From positions 1-50,627 of the forward strand of contig CANRBL010000006.1 of assembly GCA_947628835.1 (NCBI GenBank): a DNA stretch of 50,627 nt, written 5' to 3'. How positions within the stretch are numbered: position 1 is the first letter of the stretch; each line of letters begins with the position of its first letter. The position numbers and the translations under genes are program-made. Positions 38,616-47,588 of the stretch are shown in pieces. Origin of the DNA: an uncultured Clostridia bacterium. Lineage in GTDB: Bacteria > Bacillota > Clostridia > TANB77 > CAG-508. The notes under the pieces are model-generated. The model was not told the DNA's origin, ran no database searches, and worked only from the letters and a program-made list of their open reading frames with translations.

Positions 38616-39680
38616 ATGAAGTTGGAAAAATTACCTGTTGTATATACTGATGAAAATGATAGACATAGAGAATTTGGAGAAGAAGGTATTAGTGATGTTT
38701 TTAAACAATTTAGTAGAATGGGATTGTTGTCTAGTGGTGAAAAAAGAAATGTGTATAGAAAGGAAGGCAATTGTTTAATAGTATTTACAACAGATGAATT
38801 GAAGGATTTAAAAACATCTTATGCAGGCAGAAATGTTGATGGTCAAAATATTGCATTTGTAGTTCCTACAAGTGATTTACCATTGCTAGCATTATCAAAA
38901 AGAACAGAATTAAGTTTAGAGGATAATACTCCTTTAATAGAGGTGTTGGAAAAAGGTTGGTCATATATTAGTGATAAAAGAAAAGTTTGTATTCCATTTG
39001 AAGAAAAACAAAAAGTGCAAGAAAATAAAATGGAAACTGATTTTGCAAATTTAACTCTTGAGTGTATGAATGAATTGTGGATGAGTGATGAAGGATATAT
39101 TTTTAATATTGTTTCTAATGATAAGAAGTTAAATATACCAGAAACAATTAAGCTTTCATCATTATTTGCGAAAACACAGTATGATTTTCAAATTGAAAGT
39201 GTAGATAATATGATAAGTGCAAGTCCAGTTAAGATGAGTGATGAAGATAATATATGTATAACTTCTACTAATGATATATTACCACGAGGACTTACATTTG
39301 ATATAAAAGATGGATTTTGTTCTAAAAGAAATATTGAAGAATTAGATAGATTTTATAACATATTTTGTTCTATGATATATGATAATCTTACTCATAATTT
39401 AAAAGTATTAGAAAACGAATTAAAAATTGCAATAAAAAAAGCCAAAAAAGCAAAAAATAATGAAGAAATAGATGAGATAATAAATAAGATTATGGATAGT
39501 GAAATTACAATTGACAGATTAAAGGAACAACAAGAAAACATTTCAAAATTTGCTAGGAAATTTGAACAGATTAGTTATAGAAGTAGTTTAAAGGTACAAC
39601 AAGATGTAAGTGAAGAAAAAATGTCAACTGAAGTTGTAACAAAAGAAATACAAAAACCATTAAATGAAATAAATCGATAA
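38616..39680 (+). CDS. Hypothetical protein (354 aa), orphan, C-terminal coiled coil
   Basis: RBS agggagg. No motif recognised. Confidence 0.65.
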   Translation: MKLEKLPVVYTDENDRHREFGEEGISDVFKQFSRMGLLSSGEKRNVYRKEGNCLIVFTTDELKDLKTSYAGRNVDGQNIAFVVPTSDLPLLALSKRTELSLEDNTPLIEVLEKGWSYISDKRKVCIPFEEKQKVQENKMETDFANLTLECMNELWMSDEGYIFNIVSNDKKLNIPETIKLSSLFAKTQYDFQIESVDNMISASPVKMSDEDNICITSTNDILPRGLTFDIKDGFCSKRNIEELDRFYNIFCSMIYDNLTHNLKVLENELKIAIKKAKKAKNNEEIDEIINKIMDSEITIDRLKEQQENISKFARKFEQISYRSSLKVQQDVSEEKMSTEVVTKEIQKPLNEINR

Positions 39681-39902
39681 TATATACATAAAATGATTAT
39701 ATTGTGATACAATTAACAAAAGACTATGAGTACATATTTATGGATAAAAGAAAAATTAATAATTATATTGAATAAATGTTAAATAATTTAAAAATCTTAT
39801 AAAAATGTATTTTTACGACCATTTTTAGCATATAAACATATAAAATTGGTCGGGAAACTTGACTTTTTTTTTAAAATCTAATAATATAATTATGGTGATA
39901 GT

Positions 39903-41132
39903 ATGGAAAAAATATATAAAAGAGAAGATTATTTAAAAAAGATTCGTGGCTTTTATAATGATGATATGATTAAAGTTATATCAGGAATAAGGAGATGTGG
40001 TAAATCTTTCTTTTTAAAATCAATAATTCAAGAATTATTAGAAAATGGAATAAAAGAAAAAGATATTATTTATATAGAATTAGATAAAAAAGGTTATAAA
40101 AATATTAAAAACTCAAAACAATTAGAGAAAGTAATTGATGAAAAAATAGTTGATAATGATTTTAAATATTTATTTATTGATGAAATACAGAATGTTAAGG
40201 GATTTGAAACATTAGTAAACTCATACCGAGAAGAAGGAAATATATCTATTTTTATAACGGGTTCAAACTCATATCTTTTAAGTGGAGAATTAGTTACAAA
40301 ATTAACTGGAAGATATATTGAGATAGAAATGATGACACTATCATTTTATGAATATATTGATATGAAAAGATTTTTAAATAAAAGTGTTAATGAAAATATT
40401 TATTTAGAATTTGAAGAATATATTAGAAATGGTGGTTTTCCAAAATCTCTATATTATGATAATTATGAAGAAAAAATAACCTACACTTCAAGTGTTATCA
40501 ATCAAATTTTTGATAAAGATATAAAAACAAGTAATAGAATTAATGATAGAGCATTATTTGAAACAATAAAGAAATTTATAATAAATAACTTTGGAGCAGT
40601 TATATCTATAAAAAATATATATAATTATTTGAAAAAAGAAGTAAAAATAAATGTTGATAGAAGAACTATAAAAAGATATTTAGATATTTTAGAAAATGCT
40701 AAAATTATTTATTCTTGCGATTTATTTGATATAAAATCAAAATCAGTTTTAAAAGGAGAAAAAAAATATTATTTGGCAGATTTAAGTATCTATTATTCTC
40801 AAAATACAGATAATAGAATAAATTATGGACCAGTTCTTGAAAATGTAATTTACTCATATTTAAAAAGTAAAAATTATAGACTTTCTGTGGGTTATATTGG
40901 AAAGCTAGAATGTGATTTTATTGCAAGAGCAAATTATGATGATTACTATTATATTCAAGTTTCAAAAGATATTAGTAATAAAGATACTGAAGAACGAGAA
41001 TATAGACCGTTTTATATGATTAAAGAATTATATCCAAGATATTTATTTACTATGGATTGGTTACTTCAAAAGAGAGATGGTATAAATCATGTTAATATAG
41101 TTGATTTTATTTATAATAATAAAAATTTATAA
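39903..41132 (+). CDS. AAA_14 / DUF4143-type ATPase (COG1373-like)
   Basis: YLKKIRGFYNDDMIKVISGIRRCGKSFF (Walker A), YLFIDEIQ (Walker B), and a C-terminal region with the ECDFI-type ending typical of this family. Confidence 0.8.
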   Translation: MEKIYKREDYLKKIRGFYNDDMIKVISGIRRCGKSFFLKSIIQELLENGIKEKDIIYIELDKKGYKNIKNSKQLEKVIDEKIVDNDFKYLFIDEIQNVKGFETLVNSYREEGNISIFITGSNSYLLSGELVTKLTGRYIEIEMMTLSFYEYIDMKRFLNKSVNENIYLEFEEYIRNGGFPKSLYYDNYEEKITYTSSVINQIFDKDIKTSNRINDRALFETIKKFIINNFGAVISIKNIYNYLKKEVKINVDRRTIKRYLDILENAKIIYSCDLFDIKSKSVLKGEKKYYLADLSIYYSQNTDNRINYGPVLENVIYSYLKSKNYRLSVGYIGKLECDFIARANYDDYYYIQVSKDISNKDTEEREYRPFYMIKELYPRYLFTMDWLLQKRDGINHVNIVDFIYNNKNL

Positions 41133-41181
41133 AAGTTATGTTATAATTTTAGTAAAGTTAAATTAACAGGAGATAAATCTT

Positions 41182-43674
41182 ATGGAAAATACATTTAAGT
41201 ATATGAAAAATAAACCGCAAGAATTAGATACAATTTTGAAAATGATAGAAAAATTAAATATAGCAAAATTAAATTATTCCATACAAGAATTACAAGCATT
41301 GAATATTTTAGTTGATGAAAAAAGAGATGAAAATAAAAGAATTTTAGTGGAAGCAAGAGATTATTTAAATATATGTGATGAATTATTAAATGCAAGAAAA
41401 TATAGTAGCAGTAAATTAAGAAGACTATATAACAACAGTTTAGAAAAACGCGAAGTAGATGAGAACATAAATATCGATTTATCAGATTTGAAAAGTAAGA
41501 TATATACATTAGCCGATTTATCTTTTAAAGCTAATAAATTAACAAAATGGGTTTGTAAAAGGGCAGAAGATATTATAATAGGAGAGAATAAAGAAAATGA
41601 CAGTTTAAAAAAAGTTATAAAAAGATTAAAATTAATTTATAGAAGTTCCAATTCAGAAAGTACCAAAAGATTACCAGTAGAAGATGAATTATACAAATTA
41701 AGTAAAGAAGTAAATTCTAATGATTATAAAGGTTGGAATGATAATATTGAAGCTGGAATATCTAATGAAAATGTGATAAAGGCTATGTATAATGACTTGT
41801 GTCAAATTTGGAATGTAGAAAATGTATTATATGAAATAAAAAGTCAATTAAATACAGAGTTACTAAAATGTTTAATACAAGATAATTATAATGAGTTTAA
41901 AAATTGGGGATTTCATAAAGATGAAAAAGGTATGTTTGTTTTAGTTTTAGATCATAAGGAAATAGCAGAAAGATATGGATATCATATACCAGATTTAAAT
42001 AGAGTATTAAGTGATGATTTAATAGAGCAAATTAAAAAGCAAAATCTTCAATTTGAATTTTCTTTTACAAATAGTGTAAGAAAAAATAGTTTAGATAGAA
42101 TAAAAGAAAAGATTGATGGAAAGAGCTTTTTACAAGGGTATAAAACTAAATTAATTGATTTATTAAAAGAAGTTAATTTTGACAATTACACAGAAAATGA
42201 ATATGGATTAATGTTAGAATTATATACATTAGGAAAATTTTTATCTGTAGGTACATATAAGAGAATTGCTCAAGAATATCCAGATTTAGAAAAAAAGTGT
42301 CAACAATTAAAAGAACTGGTTTCCCCATCAAAAGATAGTAAACAAGATTTGTCAAATATTAATGTAAAAGAATATCAAACAAAATATGAGAGAGATATTA
42401 AAGAGCAAATAGAAGAAAGGTTAGAAAAAACTAGAAAAATTTATATTCAATATGGTAGCAATCTAGATATAAATGCTTCTATATATGCACTAAGAAAGCA
42501 TATGAGAGATGAATTTGGAATTTCAGATATTCAGATTGTTAAGATAGATGCAGGAGAACAAATAAATGATAAGGGGTTACTAATTGATGCTGGAACGCTA
42601 GAGGGAATAGAAGGTTTTAGTAAAAATTATAAAGGTAGAAAATCAATTAATGCAAATGTATTAAAAGCACAAAAATCTGCTTGTGGGGTGTTAAGTCAAT
42701 ATGGATTTGATATTCCTAGCAAGATTGTTCAATATGCAGATACTGTTATTTCTGACGAGAGAATTTTAATGCCAAGATATGGATTAAATATAATTAGATA
42801 TTTAACAGGAAAAAAATTATTTGATTTTGCAAATGCTAAAAGAGAAGATGGAACTTATTTGATAGAAACGGAATTAACAGATGATGAATTAAAACAATAT
42901 TCTACAATATCTTCTAAGTCTAATACAAATGTTGATTTGCTAAGTTTATGTAAAAAGAGAGAAGAACAAATAAAAAATGATATAAAAGAAATAAAGGATA
43001 ATATACATATTATACATAGTGAAAATGGAGATAAATATGTAGCTGTAATAGATCATATGATAAATTGTGGAGCTATGATTTCATATTCTTTAGGATGTGA
43101 TTATTATGTATCTATTGCAAGTAAGCAAGAAGATTTTGCAACTTCATCTTTAGATTTATATGAAACTGATAAAAATGTTCCTAAAGCAACTTTTACAGTA
43201 AATGCAAACCCAAAAAAGGGAGATGGAAAGTTACCAAAAGAATTATTAGATTATTGTGAACAGCTTAGAGATGAAGGGGAAAATGATGTATTGAAAATGG
43301 TTACAGTAAATGGAAAAAATGATGAAAAACCATTTATAAAACCTACTGGGGATATGGTAGTATTTGGAGGACCGAAAACTCCACATCTTTTTGTTACATT
43401 AAAGGAAGCTTTAGATGATGATATAGATATAAAAGAAGAAATTATGTACGAACTTACAGATAGACTTGAAGCAAAAGTAATGAAAAAGGATGAAAGAGAA
43501 GATGTTATAAAGAAAAGTATAGAACAGTGGAAAAGTATTAATGCTCAAACTCTATCTAAAATGATTTTATCAGATACAGTTCTTACTTTGAATGATGTTG
43601 AAAGTCAAGGTAGAATGATTAATAGTATAATAAAAGAAAAGGAAAGGGAGGAAAATGATATCACTTCAAACTAA
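41182..43674 (+). CDS. Large orphan protein (830 aa), C-terminal half with weak DHH-like motif order
   Basis: RBS aggag. Coiled-coil-rich N-terminal half. Later motifs YGSNLDINASIYAL (42451-42492), GLLIDAG (42574-42594), AVIDHM (43042-43059) and VVFGGPKTPH (43357-43386). Confidence 0.65.
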   Translation: MENTFKYMKNKPQELDTILKMIEKLNIAKLNYSIQELQALNILVDEKRDENKRILVEARDYLNICDELLNARKYSSSKLRRLYNNSLEKREVDENINIDLSDLKSKIYTLADLSFKANKLTKWVCKRAEDIIIGENKENDSLKKVIKRLKLIYRSSNSESTKRLPVEDELYKLSKEVNSNDYKGWNDNIEAGISNENVIKAMYNDLCQIWNVENVLYEIKSQLNTELLKCLIQDNYNEFKNWGFHKDEKGMFVLVLDHKEIAERYGYHIPDLNRVLSDDLIEQIKKQNLQFEFSFTNSVRKNSLDRIKEKIDGKSFLQGYKTKLIDLLKEVNFDNYTENEYGLMLELYTLGKFLSVGTYKRIAQEYPDLEKKCQQLKELVSPSKDSKQDLSNINVKEYQTKYERDIKEQIEERLEKTRKIYIQYGSNLDINASIYALRKHMRDEFGISDIQIVKIDAGEQINDKGLLIDAGTLEGIEGFSKNYKGRKSINANVLKAQKSACGVLSQYGFDIPSKIVQYADTVISDERILMPRYGLNIIRYLTGKKLFDFANAKREDGTYLIETELTDDELKQYSTISSKSNTNVDLLSLCKKREEQIKNDIKEIKDNIHIIHSENGDKYVAVIDHMINCGAMISYSLGCDYYVSIASKQEDFATSSLDLYETDKNVPKATFTVNANPKKGDGKLPKELLDYCEQLRDEGENDVLKMVTVNGKNDEKPFIKPTGDMVVFGGPKTPHLFVTLKEALDDDIDIKEEIMYELTDRLEAKVMKKDEREDVIKKSIEQWKSINAQTLSKMILSDTVLTLNDVESQGRMINSIIKEKEREENDITSN

Positions 43675-44089
43675 AAATACATATTCAGAAATTTTTGAGT
43701 TAATGAAATATATAGATAGAAATGATTTAAATAAAATACCAGAGCAGGTATTAGTCGCAATAAAGGAAAATAGAAATGAAAGCTATGTGCCTAAGATTGA
43801 TTTAGAAAATATAAATAATTCATTAAGTAAAGACACTCTTGCACTGTATATTTGGTTGTATAAAACATATATGGTTAAAAATAAACAAGAAGTGCAAGAA
43901 ATAAATAAAATTTTATATGATAATGAAAATAAAAAAAGTATAGATGTTACATCTAATATTTTTAATAAAAAAATATTAGATGAAAAAGAAGAAGATAAAA
44001 AGGATAAAGAATTAATAGTCTATAAAGAAAGTTTTATAAAAAAATTAATAAATAAATTAAAAAAAATATTTGATAAAAGTAAAAGATAA
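43655..44089 (+). CDS. Hypothetical protein (144 aa), overlaps the end of the 830-aa gene
   Basis: ATG inside agggaggaaaatg, 20-nt overlap with the upstream gene. Lys-rich C-terminus. No motif recognised. Confidence 0.55.
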   Translation: MISLQTKNTYSEIFELMKYIDRNDLNKIPEQVLVAIKENRNESYVPKIDLENINNSLSKDTLALYIWLYKTYMVKNKQEVQEINKILYDNENKKSIDVTSNIFNKKILDEKEEDKKDKELIVYKESFIKKLINKLKKIFDKSKR

Positions 44090-44110
44090 TAGAAGGGAAT
44101 GTGATTAAAA

Positions 44111-45004
44111 GTGGCTATTAATTTAGATTATTATAAAGTATTTTATTATGTTGCTAAATATAAAAAAATCTCATTAGCGGCAGAAAAACTTTATATTTCT
44201 CAGCCAGCAGTAACACAAACAATACGAAAATTAGAAGAACAATTAGGCAGTAATTTATTTGTCAGAAATAAATCGGGAATGCAATTAACGGAAACAGGGA
44301 GAATGCTTTATGATTTTACAAGTCATAGTATAGAAATATTAGATAATGTAGAGAGTAGATTTAGTAAATATGAAAATTTAGAAATAGGAGAAATAAAAAT
44401 TAGAACAGGTAGTAATGTTGCAAAAATGATTTTATATGATGCAATTGAAAAATTTGGAAAAGATTATCCAAATATAAAAGTTGAAATAGCTACTGGAGCT
44501 CCAAACCAGTCTATAGAAATGTTACATACTGGAGAAATAGATATGGTGTTAGTATATTTGCCATATGATGTTGAATATAGTAATTTGCAAATAACAGAGA
44601 TTGGAAAAAAAGAGTATATATTTGCTATGAGTAAAAAGTACGAAAAAGAAAATAATGTTAGTATAAAAAATATTTCAGATTTAAATAATTATTCTTTAAT
44701 TGTACCAAAGAAAAATTCAGCAATTAGAGAAATATTTGATAATAAATATAAAGATATTATAATTTCTCATCACTATGAAGTGGCTCAAGAGCAAATGAAA
44801 AAAGAATTTATTTTAAGAAATATGGGAATAGGATTTATTATAAAAGATGAAATAAAAGAAGAATTGGAAAATGGAAATGTAGTTGAAATAAAATTGCCTA
44901 ATTCTAAAGTTGAAGGGGCATTAGGAGTTATTACGTTAAATAGTAAGATTAATAATTTTGCAACTAATAAATTATTAGAATATATGAAATGGACGAATAC
45001 ATAA
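44111..45004 (+). CDS. LysR-family transcriptional regulator
   Basis: GTG start. HTH ISLAAEKLYISQPAVTQTIRKLEEQLGSNLFVRNKSGMQLTETG plus a LysR substrate-binding domain. Confidence 0.9.
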   Translation: MAINLDYYKVFYYVAKYKKISLAAEKLYISQPAVTQTIRKLEEQLGSNLFVRNKSGMQLTETGRMLYDFTSHSIEILDNVESRFSKYENLEIGEIKIRTGSNVAKMILYDAIEKFGKDYPNIKVEIATGAPNQSIEMLHTGEIDMVLVYLPYDVEYSNLQITEIGKKEYIFAMSKKYEKENNVSIKNISDLNNYSLIVPKKNSAIREIFDNKYKDIIISHHYEVAQEQMKKEFILRNMGIGFIIKDEIKEELENGNVVEIKLPNSKVEGALGVITLNSKINNFATNKLLEYMKWTNT

Positions 45005-45038
45005 TATAAGTTTAGCTTATATTATGTATTCGTTTTTT
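44995..45038 (+). terminator. Rho-independent terminator after the LysR gene
   Basis: gaatacataatataag / cttatattatgtattc stem (16 bp) followed by gtttttt. Confidence 0.8.
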
Positions 45039-45109
45039 GTATTTTACTTATAATTATAAAAATGTTATACTAATTATGTAAAATAAAAAAGAAAGGATTG
45101 AATTTAATT

Positions 45110-46645
45110 ATGAATATTTTAAAAAATAATGTTGGAGATGAAAAAATAAAGAAAACAAAAGATAAGAAAGAGAATGTTAATTATAATGAAAGATATAAAA
45201 AAACGTTTGACAATTATAGAGATGCTTTATACGGAATAGATGGCCTTAGAAGAGATGGAGAAAATTCATTAATAAGAAATGATGTAAGTGTTGAAGATAT
45301 TGAAAATTTAGACTCTAAAGAAGAATTTAATCATGCTGTATTAATGTATGAGGGTAAGGAAGAATTTGATAAAAAATGTTTTTTAGAAATTTTTGAAAAA
45401 TTATATAATCATGAAATAATGGATTTATTATCTCATAATGATTATTATAATTTATGTGATGATAAAGATTTTATTATGGATTTAATGGAGTGTTCAGGGG
45501 CAGTATGTGAAATTGCTTGTTTTGCAACTAAAAAAGTAATTAAACAAATTTTAGAGGATAAAGAACTGTTACAAAGAATCGATAAAAAAGAAATATTAGT
45601 TAATTCTAATTTATGTGGAAATGACATTTTGTCAATATTTATACTTCAATTAATGAATTTTAAAGATTTAACTCAGGACAAAGTTTTTATGACAAATTTA
45701 TTAAAAAATATATCAGATATGGAAGGTATGAATATAGGTAATGCTTCGTTTAATGGAGTTAATTTTATATTAAAAGAAAGATGTGAAGATATATTAAAAG
45801 AACAGGATTTTACTGAAAATGTATTTGATTTTTTAGAAGGAGCAGCTAATAATTCATATTTGGGTGCTAATACATCAATGAGTGAATTAGGTGAAGTAAT
45901 GCTTACAACTCCTGAATTATCTTCAAATAAGGAATTAGCTGATAGATATGTTAATAACTTTAGAGTTTTATATAATATTGATAAAAGTTTAATTGAAAAT
46001 GAAGAATTTATGGAGAAAGCATTGGAATATCAAGGATTATGTCTTTATGGATTTGAGTTACCTTCAAGTTTATATTCAAATACTAATATATTAGAAAATT
46101 ATCTTAAACAAAAGGAAGATTTAGAAGGAATAAATTTTGATGTTAATAATAGTGTATTTGCAGAATTATTTGAAAAAACTTGGGGTGAGAGTGTAGATTA
46201 TTGTATGAGAACGGAAATTGCTAATGCAATAGAGCAAAACAATAGAATTGTTGTAAATGAAGAAAATAGTTCAAAATATGATGATGCAATTGATGTGTTA
46301 CAACAATGGGCAGAAGATAATGATTTAATAAAAATTGGTCATAAGTTAGATGTTGTTAAAGTTCCAAAAGGTGAAATCAAAGAAGGAGATTTAAATATTG
46401 GTAATGGAGAAAATAATAAAAATTGTATAGATGATAGCAAAGTAGGAGAAAGCACTATAATTTTAAATGGAGATACAATAACAGACACATTAAAGAAAAT
46501 AGGAATTGATAATAGATTTTTGGAAAGAATTACTGATTTGGCTAATCAAAAAAAGGAATTAGGAGAAAAAGAAGAATCGGCAAAGGTACTTTTAGAACAA
46601 TATGAGCAATTGCAACCTAATAATACAATTGATATTGTACAATAA
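45110..46645 (+). CDS. Hypothetical protein (about 511 aa), orphan, possibly DUF4116-like repeats
   Basis: Long ORF. ATG 45110 preferred over TTG 45098. Segments such as ENEEFMEKALEYQGLCLYGFELPSSLYSNTNIL recall DUF4116 repeats (weak). Confidence 0.6.
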   Translation: MNILKNNVGDEKIKKTKDKKENVNYNERYKKTFDNYRDALYGIDGLRRDGENSLIRNDVSVEDIENLDSKEEFNHAVLMYEGKEEFDKKCFLEIFEKLYNHEIMDLLSHNDYYNLCDDKDFIMDLMECSGAVCEIACFATKKVIKQILEDKELLQRIDKKEILVNSNLCGNDILSIFILQLMNFKDLTQDKVFMTNLLKNISDMEGMNIGNASFNGVNFILKERCEDILKEQDFTENVFDFLEGAANNSYLGANTSMSELGEVMLTTPELSSNKELADRYVNNFRVLYNIDKSLIENEEFMEKALEYQGLCLYGFELPSSLYSNTNILENYLKQKEDLEGINFDVNNSVFAELFEKTWGESVDYCMRTEIANAIEQNNRIVVNEENSSKYDDAIDVLQQWAEDNDLIKIGHKLDVVKVPKGEIKEGDLNIGNGENNKNCIDDSKVGESTIILNGDTITDTLKKIGIDNRFLERITDLANQKKELGEKEESAKVLLEQYEQLQPNNTIDIVQ

Positions 46646-46673
46646 AAAAGTAAGTTTATTGAGGAGGATTAGT

Positions 46674-46937
46674 ATGTATAATACAGATTTTATAAATTAT
46701 ATAAAAATAATTCCTGATAAAAACAAAGAATATCTTTTAAAAATTCAAAATCAAATAGAAAAAAAAGGAATTAATCAAAAAGATATTTTTGAAATTACAA
46801 AAAATTTATCTGATAATCAAAAAAGAATGCTTGAATATTTATATATTAAACAAATAGAAGAATTGAAAAATAGCACAGAACAGTATAAGAAAAAAATAAT
46901 TAATATAAGAAAAAAATTGAAAACAAAAAGCAATTAA
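46674..46937 (+). CDS. Hypothetical protein (87 aa)
   Basis: RBS gaggagg 6 nt before ATG 46674. The track ORF start at 46602 would overlap the upstream gene. Confidence 0.5.
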   Translation: MYNTDFINYIKIIPDKNKEYLLKIQNQIEKKGINQKDIFEITKNLSDNQKRMLEYLYIKQIEELKNSTEQYKKKIINIRKKLKTKSN

Positions 46938-46967
46938 AAAGGATATAAATAACATATAAAGTAAAAA
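46912..46967 (+). repeat. Direct repeat DR1 (partner at 47504-47574)
   Basis: aaaaaattgaaaacaaaaagcaattaaaaagg...atataaagtaaaaa versus aaaaaattggaaacaaaaagcaattgaaaaatgg...atataaagtaaaaa. Confidence 0.6.
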
Positions 46968-47022
46968 CAACATTATACTTTAAATTTATATAAAGATTAA
47001 TAAAGGAAGGAGAAAAAACTTT

Positions 47023-47322
47023 ATGAAAGTTTATATTGTTGATGAAGAATGGTATTCAGCAGATCAAGGAGAATGCAAAAATACTTCGCGTTCAATACAT
47101 GGAATATATACACTTAGAGAAAAAGCTGTTAAACTTTATTCAGAATTGAGAAAGAAAAATAGAAAGTGGTCATATGGATATGATGAGATTCGTATATTGG
47201 AAGGAGTAGTAAATGGAAAATATGAAGAAAAAAATATAAGCAAAGAAGTTGATAGAGAATTAACAGTATTACAAGGTGAAAAAATTACAAGAGATATTTC
47301 AAAATTAGATGAAGAAAGATAA
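47023..47322 (+). CDS. Hypothetical protein (99 aa)
   Basis: RBS aaggaaggag. No motif recognised. Confidence 0.55.
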   Translation: MKVYIVDEEWYSADQGECKNTSRSIHGIYTLREKAVKLYSELRKKNRKWSYGYDEIRILEGVVNGKYEEKNISKEVDRELTVLQGEKITRDISKLDEER

Positions 47323-47376
47323 AAATAATTTATCAAAATTTATTATGTTTTATAACAATTGAATAGTTATTGGAAA

Positions 47377-47465
47377 GTTACAAGTTAATAGTTTTATATA
47401 AAAATAGTTTTAAAAGCATTGAAATATAAGATTTGCATTGAAATTCTTATATTTCAATGCTTTTT
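47377..47465 (+). repeat. Half-element of family A (terminal module plus one hairpin module)
   Basis: gttacaagttaatagttttatataaaaatagtt followed by hairpin aaaagcattgaaatataaga / tcttatatttcaatgctttt. Confidence 0.75.
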
Positions 47466-47503
47466 AGATTATATAGCGAAGAAACCATTATAATGACTAT
47501 TGG

Positions 47504-47574
47504 AAAAAATTGGAAACAAAAAGCAATTGAAAAATGGTGCTAAAAATGGTATAATATAAGATATAAAGTAAAAA
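47504..47574 (+). repeat. Direct repeat DR2 (partner at 46912-46967)
   Basis: See DR1. Includes the promoter of the ChW gene. Confidence 0.6.
47527..47555 (+). promoter_or_regulatory. Sigma-A-type promoter with extended -10
   Basis: ttgaaa, 17 nt ending in tgg, tataat. Confidence 0.55.
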
Positions 47575-47588
47575 GGAGGGGAAGGCCT

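Noticed and set aside
38616-47322. The orphan block as a prophage or integrative element.
   Set aside because: I saw no integrase, recombinase, terminase, capsid, tail or replication genes and no flanking tRNA. It is treated only as a block of unknown genes.
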